64,000 bases of DNA from Eledone cirrhosa (Eukaryota): contig OZ024751.1 of NCBI GenBank assembly GCA_964016885.1, positions 51,522,001 through 51,586,000 of the forward strand, read 5' to 3'. Every line of letters starts with the position of its first letter. The stretch's first letter is position 1. The notes beneath the pieces are model-generated. The model saw nothing but the letters and a program-made list of their open reading frames with translations, had not been told where the DNA came from and ran no database searches. The translations under genes and the position numbers were made by a program. Of this stretch, positions 57,000 to 64,000 are shown one piece after another.

Positions 57000-58450
57000 T
57001 GGGTAGGTAGAGCAATGTCCTTAGCTTTCTATGTCTCTCCTATTTAGAGGTTAGTGTTTGACTTAATTTAGATGCTAGACTTAATCCAACACTCAGTTTA
57101 ACACCATTATCTGGCCTTAGGGTGCCTTTAGCAGAGTCCACTTTATTGAAAGCATCTAAGCTAGGTATCCAGTGTGAGGATACTTCCACCAGTGTCAGAA
57201 GCCCTGAAAAGGGTCCTGAATACTACAGGGCTATTGCCAGGCTTTGGTTCTAGGAGATGCTTTAGATGGGGTGGGGACAGTCTTTCAAGACCTTTTTCTT
57301 TTTAGAAACTCTATTTTCTAAATCTGAGGGTGCATAGTTGAAATGTAGGCACAGGGAATAGCAGTGCTATCTAGAGCCCACCTTTACCCCACACCTTGGT
57401 CACATACCTGAGACATTACCTTTCCCTTCTCTATGACTATAAAAACATTTTAAATCCCAGAGGCACTTCTGTCTTCTCTGTGTCAGAGAAGTTTGGGATA
57501 TATAAGTGGGTAATATGTAAAGGAAGAAACTCTTGTTAGATTTAAAAATAAACAAAGTGTTGTAGTTTGCTTGAAACATTGAGGAATAGGAAATAAAAAT
57601 TTAAATAAGTTTAAAAGCCCTACAATGCATACAAGATTAAAGGTGCCTAGGTAATAGGAGTGATAGAGGAAAGAATGAGGACGATAGAATTTTACCTTAG
57701 CAAAATTAATTACCTCAAATATTATCGGGTTTAAAAACCCATTATCAAAAAGGGGTCCGCCTGTTTTCAAAGAGAATTGGAGAAGAGTTGTTGTTTGGCT
57801 GGGAGATTTCATTTAAATGTAACGAAAAAGTTTTTGTTTTTTTTTAGTTTTTTTAAATCTGAACAGGTTGGGGTAAAAACCCGGTAGCTTTTCAATTTTT
57901 TTTTTTTTAAACATCATGTGTTTAGACGACAGTGATGGAATTTGAAAAGTTAAAATCTTTAGTCTACTGTAATTTTTCACGATGATCTGTCTGCTAGTAA
58001 AAATATTATAAACATTTGAATTAACAAACCCGTCTATAGATATTTTCTTCTAAATCATTACAGGGTGTAAGAGTTAAAAAAAAAACAGAAATGAAACAAA
58101 ATTCTTTCTAATTTTCAAGAAAGCAACTTCTAAAGATGTCTAAAGATATTACCATTTTATTGAAGTGGCATCATAAAAACTAATGAATTATTGGAATAGA
58201 AAGTTCCAGAGATTTTAATCAGACATTTTGGAAGACTTCCAGGAACAAAAATAGAGATAATTTGCAATAATAACATATGGCTTGACTATTCGTGAGAAAC
58301 GGTTTAGTAAATATAGTGTTTTGATTTGGAAACAGGAACTGAAAAGTGTGATTCCAATGGGATGGTTAAAGAAATGCCCTGTCATTATAATGATAGGCTT
58401 AGGAATAAACCATTGCAAGAAAGCATTAGTCAGAGAGAAAAATATCATTT
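57000..58450 (-). pseudogene. Highly decayed Penelope-like RT plus GIY-YIG coding region
   Basis: Ordered remnants on minus: FQIKTLY (~FDIKSLY), NGNIFR, NVYNIF (~YVDDIF), FNFSNSI, FDNGFLNPIIFEVINFAKVKFY, FKQTTTL, GI*NV, LVEVSSHWIPSLDAFN. Confidence 0.45.
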
Positions 58451-58849
58451 GCAGAATAGATTACTCTACCTTCTTCTACTTATCGCAGCACAGAAATAAC
58501 ATACACATATACATATATACATACATACATATATGCATATACACACATACATACATATACGCACATACATACATATATATATATACTCACCCACACACAA
58601 AAGTATCATCATCACTGTAGTCATTGTTGTTATGATCAACATCATCATTATCATCATAATCATTGTCATGTTTTCATACATTTCTTCACTGGCGGCATGG
58701 GATGGACACAACATGCAAAATGATTAATTATCAAATTTATAAAATGAAACGATTTCCAATTCAATATCAATTTAATCATCATCACTTTTATATCCACAAG
58801 ATGAGGGCAACATCTTCTCCCTCTTTCTGTCACACACACATGTTGTACA

Positions 58850-58905
<56 letters not shown>

Positions 58906-59067
58906 CTCTCTCTCCTTCTCTCTCTCTCTCGCTGTCTCTCTCTCTAAACAAATGATGTTCCTTTTCTCTCTATATATATATTCCTCCTGAAAATAATTTG
59001 TTTGTGTTTTCTTTCTTTTCTTCTTACTCTTGTCTATCTTTCTATTTCTTCTTCTATATCTCATTCT

Positions 59068-59110
59068 ATCTTCTGATGAAAGGCTAACATCCAAAACGTT
59101 GTGACTCTTT
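59068..59110 (+). ncRNA. Decayed minimal hammerhead
   Basis: CTGATGA-aagg(ctaacat)cc-AAAA-cg-TT; GAAA is replaced by AAAA and stem I is weak. Confidence 0.3.
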
Positions 59111-59450
59111 CCCTACTATATCAAGTGTTAAACTAATATATATCACCATTGTATTGTATTGTGCTCTTGTGTTGTCGTTCTTTGTTAGCTTTTGATTGTG
59201 TCTGTATATCTGAGTGTGTATATATGTGTGTGTATGCACGTTAAGTAAATATACATAATATATATATAATATAATATATATATATACATATATATAATAT
59301 ATATATATATAATATATATATATATAATATATATATATATATAATACATATATATATAATATATATATATATAATACATATATATATAATATATATATAT
59401 ATATAATACATATATATATAAGTATATATGTATGTGTGTATATATATATA

Positions 59451-59487
<37 letters not shown>

Positions 59488-59650
59488 GTTAATACGTAAT
59501 ACCCAAACAAACATTGCATGGTGAAACATGGCATAGCATGACATACAAATAAAAGCAGAGTGTATTTACTGTTTACATTGGCTAATACATGCTTTGTTAT
59601 TATTGTTGTTGTTGTTGTTATTATTGTTGTTGTCATTGTTGTCATTGTTG

Positions 59651-59687
<37 letters not shown>

Positions 59688-61724
59688 ATCCTTTCTCCAT
59701 GCTGATTGTTCACCCACAGCTCTGGCGTTCCATGTTTGTACCCACCTACCCACCCACCTACCTACCTACTTACCTATCCACATACCACCCCATTCTTCCT
59801 CCCCCAGCTCCACTCTCTTCTCTCTATTCTATCTTCTAGTCACCCTCTCACCCTCTCACTATCCCTACCAACGACAACATGGTTTCTAGTTTCCTAGGTG
59901 ATATAAGCTGAATTAACTAATTAATTTCCTCATTCTCATCTCACTCCCCGAATGTATGTCTGATGGTGTTGAATATGATGGTGGTACCAGTGGTGGTGGT
60001 GAGGGTGGGGTGGCACTGGTCATGGTGGTGGTGGTGGTGCCAGTGGTGGTGTCGGTGGTGGTGGTGTTGGTGGGGGTGGGGTGGAGGTGGCAGTGGTTGT
60101 GGTCGTGGTGGTGCCAGTCGTGGTTGCTGTAGTAGTGGTGGTAGTGGTGGTCGTTGTCGTGGCAGTGGTGGTGGTCGTGGTGGCAGTGGTCGTTGTGATG
60201 GTGGTGTCGGTGGTGGTGGTTGTTGTAGTAGTGGTGGTAGTGGTGGTCGTCGTCATTGTCATGGCAGTGGTGGTGGTGGTGGTGGCAGTGGTCGTGATGG
60301 TGGTGGTGCCAGTCGTGGTGCCAGTGGTGGTGTCGGTGGTGGTGTCGGTGGTGGTGGTCGCCGTGGTGGCAGTGGTCATGGTGGTGATGGTGGTGATGGT
60401 GGTGGTGGTAGTAGTGGTGGTCATGGTGGTATCGGTGGTGTGATGGTGGTAGTGGTGGTGGTGGTGGTGGTGGTGGTGTTGGTGTTGGCCGTAGTAGTGA
60501 TGGTAGTGGGAAATGTTGCTTGAAGATGGTAGTGATGCTGATCGTGATAGTGTTGGCAGTGGTGGTGTCAGGGGTGGCCGTATTGATAGTGGTGATGATA
60601 GTGATGGTGTTGGTGGAGGTTTGCAGGTGGTGATAGTGGTGGTGGTGGGGTGGTGGTATGAGGGTGAAGATGGTGATAGTTATGTTAAAAATGATGTCAG
60701 TGGTGTCGATGGTGTTACTGGTTAGTGGTGTTAGTGGTAGCGATGGTGTTAGTGGTAGTTATGTTGAAGATGGTGTTGGTGATTGGTGATAGTGATGGTG
60801 GTGTTTGATGTTAGTTGTAGTGTAGAGAGAGAAGGGGCAGGCGATGTGTGTGTATGTGTATGTGTGTGTGTGTGTATGTATGTGTGTGTTTGTGTGTTTG
60901 TGTATGTGTGTGTGGTGGTGGCGTTGTATAAGAAGAAAATATCAGTCTCTCTCTTTATAACTACAATTCATTTCTCATCATCAAAAAGACAGGCATTATG
61001 TCTTTTGTCAGCACCAAACAAACGCTACATCCAGAACATTCTATAAATAAGTTCCATAGCGGAAGAGAAAACTCCTTGGTTATTCAGCAGTGTTTTATTT
61101 TTGTTTGTTTCTTTTGTTGTTTCCAGATTTTACTTTCACTTCTGTCAACTTCTCTGTTCAACGTTCCACTTAACCCATTTTATACCAAACTGCCTTAAAC
61201 TGCCTTAAACCACCTTAAACTGCCTAAAACCGCTTGAAAATGTCACTGGTTCTGTAATATAAAGCTGTTTATCATCATCATCATCATCAACAGCAGCTGT
61301 AGCAGCAGCATCATCACAATTATTATCATCATCATCATCATCACCATGATTATCATCATCAGCATCATCATCATCATCAACACCATCGTCTTCACCATTA
61401 TCATCATTGCCATCATCATCATCATTACTATTAACACAGCAGACAAATGTAAGAACTGACATTTTAAAATAAAAACAGATATTGTTAATATTATGGAAAT
61501 ATAATATATTTTGGGGACTATTTACAGCCATAAAAATATGTGTGTATGCACATGTGTGTATGCACATGTGTGTATGCATGTGTGTGTATGCACGTGTGTG
61601 TGTGTGTGATGTGCACTGATCATTTTAGCTTTTATGTATCATCATCATTATCATCATAATGATACTGGTCAGTATTCAAGTAGAGCCACTCAGTCTCCAG
61701 AGGTATTGTTTTTAAATAACTTTT

Positions 61725-61930
61725 GATTTAGGCACAAGGCCAGTTATTTGGGGGCAGGGAAAGGTCAGTTAAATCGACTCCAGTATAAGACTGGTACATT
61801 TTTATTTATTGACCCCAGAAAAATGAAAGACAAGGCTGACTTCTGTGGGATTTGAAGTCAGAACATAGAAAGCTCAGGAAAAAACACCACAAAGAACTTT
61901 TTCCAATAACCTAACAATTCTGCCAACCCA
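61725..61930 (-). mobile_element. Decayed SINE family B
   Basis: ggcacaaggccag...ctggtac...gggatttgaagtcagaac. Confidence 0.6.
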
Positions 61931-61973
61931 ACAGCCTTTTAATGATGATGATAATGATGTTGATGATGGTGAC

Positions 61974-62008
<35 letters not shown>

Positions 62009-63024
62009 AATATGTTCTGTTTAATGGTCACACATTTTTCTCTTTTTTTCCACTTTTACTGTGATAATCTTAAATGTTCTATTTTTCGAGGTGTGCTAAT
62101 TAACAAATGCCTATTGTGCCTATTAATTAGTAGTACTTTGTGACTGACTCACTCACTAACAGACTGTTTGTAAAGTTAGTTGTAAACAATTGGATAAGAT
62201 AGTCCATTCTGTATGGGTGGGGATATCTCTGTTTACAAATATGCTAACACCACTTCGTAGAACCAATGGGGAAAACATAATATAATACAAACAAGATATT
62301 TCATTAAACCTATTTGGACACCATTTTCGTTTGTCTTTTTAAAAAAAGTATAACAACAGCCACAACAATAACAACAACAACAACAATAACAACAACAACC
62401 ACAATCACAACAACAACAACCACAACAAAAACAACAACTGCAATAAAAACAAAGACAACAACCACAAAAGCAACCACAACAAAATCAACAACAACCACAA
62501 CAAAAACAAAAACAACAACCACAACAACAACAACCACTACCACAACAGTAACCATCACCATGACGACAACCACCACAACAGTCACCACACTAGCCTCAAC
62601 AACCGCAACAACAACCATCACCACAATCACAACAACAATAACAACCACCACCATAACAACAACAGCCACAACAGCCACAACAACCACAACAACTACCACA
62701 ACCACACTAACCACAACAACAACAACAACAACAACCACCACACTAGCCACAACAACAACTACAATTAGGTGTAGACAGAGATAAAGACAGCAGAGTAATG
62801 AATGTTATCTCATTGAGTGTTATGATGAAACCCAGCTTCATTAGCAAGTAATTGATTGTTTAATTTCATTAAACACCATTACACAATGTTTCCTCAATTT
62901 TATGAAACACTGCTGTCTGATGTACAGCTGTCATATAGACTATTGATAAACAAATTAAATGGCAAATCAGATTTTAGTCCCACTTTACAGCAGCTCTTTC
63001 ACTTCATGACTGCAATAACCTCAT

Positions 63025-63697
63025 ATTCATACAGATAGTCTCTCTGAGTCTCTCATGAGTCTCACATTGATACAGGTAGTCTCTCATTAGTCTCACTTGA
63101 GTCTCACATTGATACAGGTAGTCTCTCCTGAATCTCACTTGAGTCTCTCATTCATACAGATAGTCTCTCTTGAGTCTCTCTTGAGTCTCAAATTGATACA
63201 GATAGTCTCACTTTAGTCTCTCTTGAGTCTCACATTGATACAGGTAGTCTCTCTTGAGTCACTCTTGAGTCTCACATTAATTCAGATAGTTTCACTTTAG
63301 TCTCTCTTGAGTCTCACATTGATATATATAGTCTCTTTTGAGTCTCACATTGATACAGATAGTCTCTCTTGAATCGCTCTTGAGTCTCACATTGATACAG
63401 ATAGTCTCTCATTAGTCTCTCTTGAGTCTCACATTGATATAGATAGTCTCTCATTAGTCTCTCTTGAGCCTCACATTGCTACAGATAGTCTCACTTGAGT
63501 CTCATATAGATAGATAGTCTCTCTTGAATCTCTCTTGAGTCTCATATTGATACAGATAGTCTCTCTTGAGGCTCACTTGAGTTTCACATTGATACAGGTA
63601 GTCTCTCTTGAGTCTCACATTGATACAGATAGTCTCGCTTGAATCTCTCTTTAGTCTCACATTGATATTCTCTCTTAAGTCTCTCTTTAGTCTCACG
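63025..63697. repeat. Degenerate ~30-45-bp minisatellite
   Basis: gagtctcacattgatacagatagtctctctt units with variable gagtctctctt subrepeats. Confidence 0.85.
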
Positions 63698-64000
63698 TAG
63701 TACCAACAACCTTACAGGGTGGACTGGGTGCTTTTTGTTGTATCACCAGCATAACCGCCTTACAAATGTTTGAATTCTTCTTTCCTTGTTTATGTTGCTA
63801 TAAGTGATGCAAGATTGAGGTTAATGTTTACTATCTGAATATATGGACCATGGAAAAGCTTATAATCAACACACTAATATTTGCAATATATTTCAGAGAA
63901 ATGGGCTATTTTATTCCACTGTGGAAATATATTCAATAGTAATTCAGAATATATTCTATTATGTCGACATAAACCATCAATTTTACTCAAGAATTACAAG

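Overview
Repeat-saturated eukaryotic non-coding DNA with no supportable host protein-coding gene. The (TA)n seas, tRNA-derived SINEs, RTE and CR1-like LINEs and TTAGGG array suggest a cephalopod, probably Octopus (inference). Most ORF-track entries are microsatellite translations. Real content: 5'-truncated RTE LINEs of two families plus an older Expander-like relic, one CR1-like LINE with an uninterrupted RT frame, decayed Dong/R4-like and Penelope RT fragments, two SINE families, piggyBac-type and hAT-type MITEs, several minisatellites and a 1.2-kb interstitial telomeric array. The most striking signal is a set of short fold-back (palindromic) elements, mostly of unrelated sequence, embedded in (TA)n. 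Each carries a minimal type I hammerhead ribozyme fold (CUGAnGA...GAAA...UH with pairing stems), sometimes on both strands, and one two-copy family has a variant CAGAAGA core. They are best read as truncated, inverted Penelope-like retroelement ends. All calls were made by eye and coordinates of decayed elements are approximate.
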